A DNA stretch of 64,000 nucleotides. It comes from Lepidodermella squamata. Lineage: Eukaryota > Animalia > Gastrotricha. The notes beneath the pieces are model-generated. The model ran no database searches, was not told the origin of the DNA, and saw only the letters and a program-made list of their open reading frames with translations. The DNA lies in the NCBI GenBank assembly GCA_047495785.1, contig JBLDXI010000003.1, forward strand, positions 806,001 through 870,000. Direction: 5' to 3'. Each line of letters begins with the position of its first letter. Position 1 is the stretch's first letter. The position numbers were made by a program, and so were the translations under genes. Below, piece after piece: positions 15,001 through 26,800 of the stretch.

Positions 15001-16933
15001 CTCACAGCTAAGAAAAGCCTTCTTTGGTCAACAATTTCCCAAGATGAATTACGGAATACAGGGTGGATGGGGCGGACAGTTCCGCTGTCCCAGCTCAAGT
15101 TATTTGGTAATATTGTGAAACATTATCGGAGTTTGAAAATCCGAAGATTAAACTAATTCAACTAATTCGCTGAAAATCCAACAGCAGCACGGCTTGGAAC
15201 CAATTCTATCGCGGTTGCCTCGATCCGACGCGTCTCTTGAAGGTTGGCACCGCGCGCTTCAATATTCAATTGGTATTCACCCTGCCATTTTCGCGTTCGT
15301 TGAATTGCTCAGAAATGAGAACTATTGGGCGCAACAAACGATGACACTGTTCGAAAGCGGGCGACCTGTAGGCCACTTTCACCCGATCACTACTACATTC
15401 TGCGCGTTGAAGGAGACAATGTCGACACAGCCATCGAAAACTATTGACGTCACAAAAGATGATTCCTCGCTATCAAACCTCGATGAAACTACAACCCTGA
15501 ATTTTGAGACGATCGTAACAGCAAAAGTTCCAGATATTCCTCGGTTATCAAAGTGCGATATTGCTGTCAAAACCAGCTTAACGCAAGACAAGGTAGCAGC
15601 GCAGGAAAATGTAAGCACTGGTGACAATACTGTCGCCATCGAACGATGCAAAAGCTTCTCGAAAGGTCGCATCTAAAATACCTGGAATTGATTTTTCCGC
15701 ATCTATTCATTTACGTCATGGGCGGGTTATCGGAGAAGAGGTGTTGGAGATATTCAAATCGCCAATTACAAATACTTCCCACGGCGACAAATATTTCCGA
15801 TTCTACGCGTTTGACATGCTGGAAACGAGCGCCGTTATGACCGTTACAAAGGTCGTATCAATAAATCTGAAAGCAATTCCAGCGCCGATACGATTATTAA
15901 TGCCATTCGCACATCTGCATGCAAAATGAACGGTAGCAATGAACAGCGCGATTCATACCGAAAAAACTCGACGCCGTAATTATTTAGTACGGCTGGCCAT
16001 CCCTGTTTACGCCCAATCCAAATGGCAGCCTTAGGATTTATCATGGACGGGCGAAGCAATCCATGGCATGCCCGCAAATTTTTACATCGATGAACGTGGT
16101 CTTGAGAACAAGCAATCGCCAAGTTATACTACTGAAATCGTCGCGAAAATTCCGTTAGCTCAAGCGAAGTTCTATTGCAGACATTTATTGGTTTTCGTAG
16201 TAAATTTGCGTGGGCCACCCTCGCCACGCCGTGTACGAACAGCTCGACGCTGCGCTGCAACGTCTTGTCGAGCGGTACGAAATGGACGGCGGCTATTTCG
16301 GAGAAAATCTGCTCTAATACCTTCGCGCCTGTTCGCGCTGCTTCAGACTGGAGGACCTCTTCGACGCAGAGGACAGAGGATGAACAGGAAGACTGCCTCA
16401 AAAGACTAACTGATTCTCAAAAATCCAATTTTTCTCATTTTACTCAGTTCCAGAACCGGATGCTTGATTGAACTGCCGTCACGGTGTATGTTATAGCTGT
16501 TTTAAGCCTAATGATGACCTCTGTGAGGTCGAAACGTTGCTACTACAGGCAATGCGTGCTGTTTGATCCAAGCTTCTTCAAATAAACTACTTTAAATCTT
16601 TCAAAGCCTCATCACAACTTTCGTAGCAAATTCAACGGAATTCGCAGAAAATGGCTCCAAGCTTAGATGATTTTCCGGAAATTTTCATCTATTTTCAGAA
16701 TTTGGAAATTTCCCAACTCGAATGATTTTTCTTTACCTTTTCGTTCGTTGCTTTCAACTATATTTAATTTAGGCTTAAAATAAAGAAGTCTTACCTAAAG
16801 CGGCATCACAGGCCTTTTTGAGCTGCGGATTGTTCTTCTTGACCTCTTTTTCCGAGGCGATTTTTTCGAGCGCTCGCAGGATGAACATATGTGCTGGTTC
16901 TTTCGTAGCAACGGGCGATTTAGCGTTTAGCAT
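1..16933 (-). CDS. ARFGEF1: Brefeldin A-inhibited Arf GEF (BIG1/BIG2, Sec71-like), 3'-partial. Exons: 16933-16795, 14702-14380, 12979-12604, 11202-10151, 8052-6998, 5456-4678, 3687-3393, 2804-2675, 835-<1
   Basis: N-terminus MLNAKS...[18 protein letters not shown]; DCB domain ([23 protein letters not shown]); HUS box [18 protein letters not shown]; Sec7 catalytic [18 protein letters not shown] and [17 protein letters not shown]; HDS motifs [50 protein letters not shown]. All eight introns are GT-AG and phase-consistent. Exon 9 is open to the window edge. ARFGEF1 versus ARFGEF2 cannot be distinguished. Confidence 0.95.
6030..6400 (+). mobile_element. hAT-superfamily transposase C-terminal (dimerization) fragment, decayed, with a 54-nt GT-AG intron (6227-6280)
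   Basis: [13 protein letters not shown]...KRSSF...VE|[10 protein letters not shown]...KYVTSWL resembles the hAT dimerization consensus (CERGFS.MN...R..L). Lies in BIG intron 5. Confidence 0.7.
8194..8616 (+). mobile_element. Ty1/copia gag fragment
   Basis: NFEQW...[12 protein letters not shown]...AAYEAW...[10 protein letters not shown]...CYLALS resembles copia gag N-terminal (Retrotran_gag_2-type) pattern. Frameshifted or truncated downstream. Confidence 0.7.
11300..11620 (+). mobile_element. Non-LTR retrotransposon (LINE) ORF2 post-RT fragment
   Basis: [16 protein letters not shown]...[12 protein letters not shown] matches the LGV..D..L.W..HI / Y.A.IRP.LEY motif of Jockey/CR1-type ORF2. 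Followed by a stop. Confidence 0.75.
13370..13851 (+). mobile_element. ISL2EU/PIF-Harbinger-type DDE transposase fragment
   Basis: [57 protein letters not shown] is a typical DDE_Tnp_4/ISL2EU string. Frameshift near 13510. Confidence 0.8.
15194..15375 (+). mobile_element. MULE (Mutator-like) transposase C-terminal fragment
   Basis: [15 protein letters not shown]...[14 protein letters not shown] resembles the MULE motif PRTNN.LEGWH...HP.I..FI..L..E. Confidence 0.7.
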
Positions 16934-17317
16934 CGAGCGAAACTTGTTGACTTGACACTAACGAAACAGGACTAACAGGAGACGTAGGGTGACCAAAACC
17001 AGCCGTACAGGTGAATTGCATGGGATTATATAGGCGAATCGGTTATATAAATAGCTTTTTTCTCAACGGAAAAAATTCGGATAAATTAACGGAATTATTT
17101 CACGAAATAAAATCGATCAACACATCTTTTTTAATAAAAACCTATATCAAATCGAAAAAAATTATATTAAAAATTGTCATGATTTTTTGGCAATAAAAGC
17201 GATGAATAATATCAATAATTCAGCGAGTAAAAATATTGTCAGCACAACTATTAGTAGCAAGAGAAAGCCTTTTTGCATTAAAATTGCTGAATAAATATTA
17301 GAAAAAATTCCGTGTCA

Positions 17318-20300
17318 TCATTTATCAGCAGGTAGCGCCATCAAATTTTTGCGTTTCGGCGGCACAGGCGGTGGAATTCGCGGTTTTGGAGTCGATAAAT
17401 TGTCCTCACTCGGTGCCACTTTTTCAACCGGTACGTCTACATACGTCTCCTCACTTTTCCGCTCAGTTAAAACCGGCGATGCGTCAGTTATCGCTGATTC
17501 TGTCCTCGTTCGAGACCGCTCATATGCTAGGTTAACGTTGAGTTGAGGCGGATTCGACCCGGCTACAGTCATTCTACGGCCTATCGCCGGCTCCTGGGTG
17601 GCTAAAACCGGCTTCCAAGCTGCAATTTCAGCGATTACTTGGTTATATTTCGCCTGTTGTACCTCCATAAATTCGTATAAACCCTTCAAATCCGGTACAT
17701 TAACACACATCACTTTCCGCAGCAATTTCATGCCCTCAGTCGCTAGGGAGTGTTGTAATAAAATCGCATCATGCAGCTGTTTCAACGCGGCGCAGCTCGA
17801 TAGAGTTTCATCGGCGAAAAACGGCTTATACATAAAAATTCCGCCGCCAATCGGCGCGTCTACCACCCCTTTCACGCCCCGCTGCAGGTCTTGCTGCGTG
17901 TTTTTCGCATCGTCTTTTGTCGATTGGTATGCATCCAACGACCGCCTTAATTCGATATTTTTCTTCGAAACGTCGTAGAGGGCTAATTGAACAGCGTCCA
18001 AGTCGCGTTTTACAACTTTTTCGAGTTTCACGTCGGTCCACTCGAGGACATGAGGCAGCGCGTCGCAGCAGTCTAGCTCAAAATTTTCGCCACGTAAAGA
18101 CCCGTCTTGCGATTTTTTCGTGCGAACGTGCGAAAAACGAAGAATTTCATTGAATCGATAATAGCAAACAACTCTTTCGGGTACTTTTTGGCTGAATTTT
18201 CGCGAAATTTCGTCATTCGAATCCGGCTCGACTGTTAGAATGTAAATCGAGGCCGGTAGGTCAGAATTTCTCAGATCCAACGGCGGCGGTTCGTGCTTAA
18301 TCGGAACATCAGGGAAAGCACTCTTAAAACCGTGAACAAATTCCGACATCATTTGGTGCGATGGGGCTCGAAATACGTAGGAAGTGTTGCGTAGGCATGG
18401 CAAAATCGATTTGTGGTTGCCGATGAAAGTGACCCAGAAAAACTTGGGCGGTTGCCTCAAATTGTTGGCTATCATTCGCGTTAACGAGGCAAGATTTTCG
18501 TAGACAGACGCCAGTTTTTCATAGTCATGCGTGTAGTTCAGATGTTGGTCCATCAACTCGCGGTAGAGCGCAACAGATCGTTCATATAGCGCTGTTTCTT
18601 CGAACAGCTCAGCCGCTTTGTCGTACAACGCCTCTTTGAACGACCTCTGCGTGCCCTGGTTTTGGACAATCGGTAAATTGTGGAGTACTGCGGGTAGCGG
18701 TTCGTCAGTCCATGAGACGAGATTTGAAAATTCCTGCAATGCCGCAGCGGCTTCGGCAAACATTTGCCGCCCCAATTGCCGGTGGTACAGGGTGGATAAA
18801 TGCGTGACATACGGCACTGTTAGCTCTTTTTTGTGGTAGAAGAGTATCATGCGGCGCAGGCAGGTCAGCTCAACGACCGGGCTTGTTGATTTCGTGCAGG
18901 CTGCGATGTAATCGTCGAGGAAAAGCAGTTGATTTGCGACTGTTTCGAGTAAGAGCGCGATTTGCCGGTCGATGTAATCGTTGCTGGTTGAATTCTGTTG
19001 GTCGGACGAGAAAACACTGACGAAATCGGCGTGGAATTGCTTCGTTCGATGCGGCCATTTTATCACCAGAAAATCCAGACCTAAAATTTTAAATCCGAAA
19101 ATTTAATCAAATTACAAAAAACATGACAGCTATTTTTAAAATTTGAAAAATCCAATAAAAGATGGATTTGAGATTTGAATGTTTTTTGCGAAACACAAAA
19201 TTCTGCCAGTTGTATTAATAAAAATAATACCTTGTAGGAAAAGCGAAATGCAGCCCTGTGTTTCCAAAACCAGCGACATCGAAGTGGACCGTCGTTTCGT
19301 AGCCAACGCGCTTTCAAATTCCAGCTTCAAAATGTCCTTTAGAATCAAACAAGCCGTCGTTCTCAGCTCAGGCAAACACGAAAGGGCCAACTGCACTAAA
19401 CTCGCATCGGATTGAAATAAAATCTTCGAACATTGGGCCTTCATTTGTTTCGATAAATCGTTCCAAAATTCGAGTAGAATTTCAGCAGCCCTCAGCCGTA
19501 AATCGCCTAAATGATGGGCGAAACGCTGCGATTGAAAATTTTCCGGGTGACGCTCAACTTCCATGGCTCGTTGCAGTAAGAATGCCAAATTCGAGTGCAA
19601 AAATTGGCGAAGGCAGTGAACAACGTGGAGCGAGTTCATTTTCGCGACATTTTTCGCAATAAATCGGCCAAATTCAGCCAGAATAAAATTGGCGAAAATC
19701 GAATTTCGCATGTAAATGAATGAGGCGAGGCTTTTTAGATCAGCATCGTTCGATACCAATTTTTCAATCGACATTAGACACTCGTTGAAAAAATCAACAA
19801 CTTCAAGCGGATGGCCGAAATTCGGAGTAGAAAAATATTTCTGCAGTGAATTCGGGTTGATCAATTTCGCGCAAGATAGAGCGATATTTATCGCCAGCCA
19901 ATGCGAATCGTTAGTCGTATTTAGAAGGCAAGCGACTCTTAGGCATATTCGAAGCGTTGCGATGAATAGCTGGTTTTGCGGGTTCAGCTCGACGTTGGAA
20001 TTCAGCGTTTCTTGTAGGACCATCAGAGCCATGTAAGCGACTTGAAATTCTGAGCTGTATGAATTTACGTTTGAGCTAAAGGAGAACGCTTCGAGGACTG
20101 CGTGGCATTTTGTGAGAATTAGTGGCAGCAAAATTTGACGACCTTCTTGGCTGTTAAGGTGGCTTTTAGCGAGGACTCGGAAGAAATCCAGCACTTCTTT
20201 ATCGCTCGAATTCGGACTCAGAATTTCGGTGGCAATCACCTAGAAAATTCGAAAATATATTTCACAGTGGAAAAGACAAGTGTAGATTTAATTAAAAAAA

Positions 20301-23300
20301 TTATTTAGAAAAATCCCTGATGAAATGAACTTGGCCTGAAATGTTGAGCGATATTACATAAAATATCGTAATAAAAAATCAATTTATTTTTGCATAAAAA
20401 TCCCATTACACTAACAAGTATAAGCGCATGAAATAAAAAGTTAAGGTATAGGTATTTTAATAATTTTTTACCCTTTCACAAACCCATTTTTAACAAACAA
20501 ATTTCAGAATATTTCTTTCCATTATAGTCTCAAGTTTAATTTCTTCAAAAATTTCTAAAATTAATGACACAAATTGAGAATTTTTCAAAATTTACCTGAT
20601 AAAGCTGTAATCGATCGCAAAAATCGTGAGAAATCAGCTCGATAACATCTGGCAGGCACTTTTGACGCAGCATAGGATCTTTCACCGACAAATCGGCCAA
20701 CTTTTTGAAAATCTCGTTCAATTTGATCGAAAAATTCATCAAAACATCGCCAGGCACGGCTCGTTGCAACGACGCATTCAACTGGACATACTGGCGGTAA
20801 CTCGCAATTGCGAATTTAACGCACGTAACAATAACTTCGACAGGATTTGGCAAATTTGTTTTTGTAAGAACTCGGCAAAGGGCTTCAGACAGCGGCATAA
20901 AACAATTCGGGGCGCAAAAAGCGGTCTGAAGGTATTTCAGTGGCAATTGCGTATTTCGACCCTCATTCGCCTTGGAACGTTGCAGAGTTTTCAAAATACT
21001 CAAAAGGCTTTTCTGGAATATGCAATCCAACAGATCTTGATTATGAGTTTTACCGGCATAGGTCACCAATTCGAAAACTTTGTCGAAACATGGAAAAATG
21101 AGTCGAACCCACAATTCCGTATCCAGCTCCATGAAAACGCTGGCAAGTGACGAAATTTTTGCGATCTGATCATTTTCAGGGCGAAAATTGAGAAACTGCG
21201 CCAATTTTTCCGACTGAGCGATTTGATAAGAAAACAATTGGACTCCGATATTTATACAATTTCTCGAACAGAATTCAATTCCTTCACCGCACGAAACTGT
21301 TTTCGCAGTCGCCCCGGGGCTGAATGGCGATAACGCACTGAATTTTGACGTTAACGAACTGGCTGATTTCTGCGTACTCAACTGTTCACTCGAAGCAGAA
21401 TTTTGCAAAGTTCCGCCATATTTTCGAGAAATTTCTTCGTATTTCCATGGCTGGTTTAGATACAAAGCCGGGTTTGGCAATTGCCCGATATCTTTACCGT
21501 GATAAGGCTGGCGAAAAATGGCAAGGCTGACCGAAGTTTCGTCTTCAGTCGCGACTAAAACTTCACTTTTCAACTGCGTCAGTGGCAAAAACGAAAAAAT
21601 ACGCTCCCGTTCCGATTTTTTATCCGACTCAACTTTCGACGACCTCATTCGGATTGAAAATAGCAAATGCGTAGAAATCGTAGGATCGTCATCGATATCA
21701 ACCATAAAATGCTCGTTCCACATTGGCTTTTCGCAGGCATCATGAACCGTCGAGCAGTACAGCGGCAGAATTTCAGGTTTATTCGTGCCCGAATTTCGAT
21801 TTTTATCACTCGAAATTTTGATGACATAGACCGATATTTCAGCATTCGTTTTTCGACTCGAGCTCAATCGACCCAGAACTCCGTCCAATAGATTAACGTA
21901 AAACCTCGATAAAAAGCCTTTAGCGATAGACGGGTTTGAAAAGCCAGATGGTTCTATCAAAATCGGCGAGATTTTCAAACTTTTCAGGGCAGAATTTGTG
22001 CATATCAACGGTGGACTTGTTGTAAGACTCAATTTCAGATCTACTTGGCAAGAAACGAGCGGAATAGCGTTCGATCCTGAGCTTGGAATCGCATCTGAGG
22101 CCAATTCTTGCAACGTTCCCTGACCATTTAGGAAAATCAACGTGAAACTAGCACCATTAGGGTCTTGCCAGGACAATAAATTACTCGGCTCCTCAAAAGT
22201 TGCGTTATCTTGAAGGCCTGAATGGGAAGGACGCCTAGTTTTACGCATCGATTGAAACTTCGTTTCGTTTCGTATAGGCGTGCTTGGAAATAGATCCAGC
22301 ACCGCGATTCCAACCGGTCTTTTCAAATTCGGCGTTAATTGTTCGTTCATAGACGGTAATGGTGTCGAAACTTTCTGAGTAAGTTGATTTTGTGACGTTG
22401 AATTCGAAGGTTCTTCGCTCATTGTAGCCGACCTCATCGTTCCGATTCGATAGGCCACAGCTATCAGGTACATTTTGTGAGAAGCGGGCGTTCCGGACCA
22501 GTGAAAGTGGGTCAAATCGAACACTGCGGATTGTTTGGGATTCCATGTTTGATCTTGGTTTGTATTTCGGTCCCAAGTCAAAGGAAAAATCTCTGAAAGA
22601 TATGAACACAGCATTCTAAATTCAGTTTCCCAGAGAAATAATGCGATACGATTAGCAATATTGAAAATATTACATATGACTCACCTGTTTTCTCACAACA
22701 TCCAACCACTCCACTAGGCGAAATTTTGACATCAGCATTTTGACCAGGCATGAAAATGAAAAATTGAAGATGAAGTCGTGAAGTCACGGAAGATGGCAGC
22801 AGCTCCATCGGTAATTTGATATTCAAAATATCGACAACGGCAAATAAAGGATTGCTTTGGTGTTTCGGGCCTGGTGTCGTCGTTGATTCTTGGGCGACTT
22901 CTCGCTGCTTTGAAATGACAATATTTGGCGATTGGACATGAGGTAGCAGGACTGCACCGTCGTTTGGATCGCGAATAACACAGTCGAGGCCGAGTTGCCG
23001 ACTGACAGCGTCGATTTTGTTTGCCAAAACGCGACTGCAGTCTTGCATATCCCGAAACGACCCCTTTTTCGAGGCAAGCATACTTCGAAGAGTGAGGACA
23101 TCGGTTATGTTCGAGGGGATGCCTTTCGACAGGAATGCAACTTCTTGGGGTTTCACAGTCGGATCCTGGAAATGGAGTATTAAAAACTGGAGTTGAAATA
23201 GGTAACGCGAGTGTAACTCACTGAAATTCTTCGCTTTGCCTGTGATAGCCATACTTTGACAGTGTCAGATACATCTAGAGAGATGGCTTCGTAGTCATCT

Positions 23301-23326
23301 TTTGAAGCAGCATTGGAAACAGTCAT
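17318..23326 (-). CDS. Dedicator of cytokinesis (DOCK-A/B-like) Rac GEF, divergent, about 1784 aa. Exons: 23326-23222, 23165-22685, 22592-20596, 20239-19231, 19080-17318
   Basis: DOCK_N-like LKRPVGIAVLD; C2/DHR-1 region (FYVNLLDG, YCSTV...PMWNEHF, HLLFSI); ARM region GDLRLRAA; DHR-2 (YVTHLSTLY, FAEAAAAL, KEALY, YDYEKL-like, FFWVTFIG, YYRFNEILRF, GVVDAPIGGG); C-terminal PPPVPPK. Introns are GT-AG and phase-consistent. Start codon uncertain because an upstream acceptor at about 23363 is possible. Confidence 0.85.
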
Positions 23327-23812
23327 GGCCAAGTGGTCACAACACAGTAAACTTAACCATGCCTAAGATGAATTAGTAATTGTTCACAGCATTGGTAATA
23401 ATTAAAAAATAATCAGCAGATAATGTGCAGTAAAAGGTGTGGAGTTTCTATTCAGTCAGCAGTGCCCGCGTGCCACTGCATGGTGGAGACGACTTTGTCT
23501 AAATCTGACCTAATTTGCTTGTCAAAACGCCCGAAAATATGCCGCAGATCTGTGTGTATTCCGGCTCAATATTAAATCATATCCGACTTAGTCAAAGTTA
23601 ACATTTAACATGAGCGCACGGCTCAATGCGCGGGCAGCAGCGGCGGACTCATGCGAGTCGAAAATTCGTCATCACCGAGAAAGCCGGCGGAATTGGGGCG
23701 CCAACATTGGAGAAACCAACAGATTTTTGATTTTCACATTATATTTTGTAAATTACTCACAATATTATTGTAATTACTAATTTTTGAATAAATGAAATTT
23801 GTATTTTTGCAT

Positions 23813-23826
23813 GCGTCTATAACAAC
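23813..23826 (+). promoter_or_regulatory. Candidate RFX X-box upstream of CFAP54
   Basis: GCGTCTATAACAAC has one mismatch to RYYNYY-WW-RRNRAC and lies about 72 bp upstream of the CFAP54 ATG. RFX control of ciliary genes is established. Confidence 0.5.
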
Positions 23827-23897
23827 GCCGGTAAATGCTGCAATTTCAAAATCCAACATTTCCAGTTATCTTTTTGATTAACGATTAACGATGAACG

Positions 23898-26800
23898 ATG
23901 GCTGAAGCGTTAGAGAATCAATCTCAAGGAAAGACGGTGGGTCTTACCCACCTCTCTCGCTATGAGAAGGAGGTTGTCGAAATAAAAGGATTCCTGCGAA
24001 AGATGCTGAAGCAAAATCTACCGCAATGTGAAATGGAAACTCAGCTGTAAGTGAAAGTATTGTCTTCTTGTAATTTTGCTAATCATGCACCTTTAGATCG
24101 GCGGCGATATTCAATGTTACCAACAAATATCTTAAGCTGATCGAACCTGTTAAATTTTGGGCAAAAATCTTTGAATTGGCTCTTTTCCTAATTGAAGTCG
24201 GAGTAAGTTTTGAAGATTCACTAATCGATATGAAGAATTCGAGAAACATGTTGTCCTTTAGGAAAGAGAAATATCTCTCAGTCAATGCATCAACCCATAC
24301 ATATCCACCAAGATATCTGTGGAATCACTCACTAAGTTTCAGAAGCTCGAGGATTTTCTTGAGGCTCTTGGCGACGAACCTGAGAATTTATTTCTGGAAG
24401 CATTAATGGAGTTCATAAAATGCTCCTACCAAATTGTGATTGCTCGAGATCCCAAGCTTATCGATTTGCAATCTTCAGAATCGCTGAACAAGTATCTTCA
24501 CCTGCTACGCATTGTGATGCAATTGCTAGTGAAAAGAGAACAGCTGTATTGGCTTCTCTACAACGGAACAGTTATGATGTATGACATATGTCGTCGATAC
24601 TTGACTTTGTCTCAAAATAAGCCGATCGCACTCGAGTTTCTGCTATGGGCAGCTATGTGCGTTGAGCATTCACCTCCTCTAGTGACTCTAAACTACCTTC
24701 AATGGCGAACAACATGCTATTTAGCTGTTAGTCAAGCCTACATTGAAATGGGAGGTTACAAGCAAGCTGAGGAGTTCACCCGTCGAGCTTTGACGAAAAT
24801 AATGCAACTAAAGCATATCGAACAGGCCGCAGAGTCAAAATTCACCCCAGAACAGCAAAATAAACTCTTTTCTGAGGCGGCTCTCAGACTAAGCTGCATG
24901 CTATTTCGAATTTTGATATTCACGGCACGAAATCGAGTGAAGATGGTGTTAAAACCGCGAACTCGTCTGAACTTTCGTGATTTGCAATGGGTTAGTTATT
25001 GCGCGACGAATGATTTATTTGTTAAAATTATTGATTTTAGCAACCTTGGCCTCGGACTCAAGTTGAGAGATTGCTGGCTGAAATGTTTCCGACTAGTTCG
25101 GCTCAACTTCTCGCGATTACAACAGCCCTGTCCGAAAATTCGAAACGAATCCTAGCTTCATCTCCACTGACTCCCGAGGGAGAAAACAACCCAGATTATT
25201 CCGACATTTATTTGGAGCTGGTATTGGCGGCTTTCGAGATTTTTGCTGGCGGTGGGGGCCATTGCGAATACACCGCTAAAGGAAACTGTAGCCAAATCAA
25301 TTTGAACGGCCAAATGAAGCTGAGACATGATCTAATGACAGTTGAAGGCTCGATAATGCAACTGGCTTGCGCCGGGAAAGCTGGCACAACCCTGTCAGCT
25401 TTAGTAAGCCTGGTGAAAACAGCGTATTCTAATGAAATGTGGGACTTTTATCGCCTGCTATCTAATGCGGCGAAAGATTTCATGCAATCTCACCCAAATC
25501 TAAGTGGAACGCAAATGTGGTTCACGATTGAGCTGATTATGGCCTATGACGCGGCTCGCAGTAGCAAAAAGAAATATTTTGCAAGCGGTACTCAGGAAGA
25601 TACTACCCATCAGAAGCATCAACAACCAGCGGCTGGAGCCAGCGAAAATACGGACGAAAATGCTGCTCAAAATGCCGTAGCAACAAAAGATACAAAATTA
25701 ACTCGTTTAACGAAACTGGCAAACATTCTCGATACCATTATCGCGAAATTGAAACCGGCGGATTTTGACTGCGACATGATTGTTGACGCGTCGATGTACC
25801 TCTGGAAGAAATGCAAATCAGTCCTCTCCTCAGCCTCAGTTGCTGATCTAAAAATCGACGATCTGCTCACAGTAAATTCATTTTCTTATTATATATTTTT
25901 CAGGTTTTCTAATTTGTCTTGAATTTAGTGGCGAGATATGATTTTAACAGTCTATCGAGCTTTGGGTTGGGTTTCCGCGCTTCAAACCGACGCGCTAATG
26001 GCGGCCGAACTTGCGATTCGGTTGTGCCAAATCAGCGACGCCTTCGGCCAAAAAGCCGGCAGTTACAACCACCCGATCGTCGATGACACCCTGAAAATTG
26101 TCGGCGAAGCTTTGAGCATTCTAACGGTTGTTCGAGGCAGTGATGTGACGGATACGATTTGGTGTAAGGATTTGCACCCGAAAATTTACGCTCCATTCCC
26201 GGCGGCTGATTTCGACGGCGGGTTGATACTGCAGAACTACAGCGAGCCGGATCATGGCGATGGTAGCTATGAATCAAGCCCGGGCTGGGCTGCTTCTGTG
26301 TTGGCTCGAGATCTTCACACGGAGCTTTACTCCCTTTACTACCAACTGTTACTGAAAACAAGTAAGTTTTACTCGAAATAATATCAAATTTAATAGCAAA
26401 ATCAATTAATTTGGGAGTAGATTTGCGAAAATGGCTAGGTAAAATAAGGTACTACAAAAGAACAAAATTACGAAAAACGAGAAATCAACAATTACGTAAA
26501 ATCGGCAATAGATTGTTTTCGATAGTTTAATCTTCTCTTCTGCGATTTTAGGGTTCAGAGTGATAAAGGAACACATAGCCGTTGAGTAGATTGCACAAGC
26601 CATTTGAATGATGGTTTGTCCAAACATGAAATAAGTCGCTATGATAGGTTGGCTGGTTTTAGGTAGATTCGACAGCATATCAGATTGAAGTACAAACATT
26701 GCTAGCATGATAGTCGACGCGAATGATGCCCGATCTGGGCATTCAGCTGGTACCAGGAAACTGCAGAGGCTTAGAATGGTTAGAATGAAACTTGGCGCGA

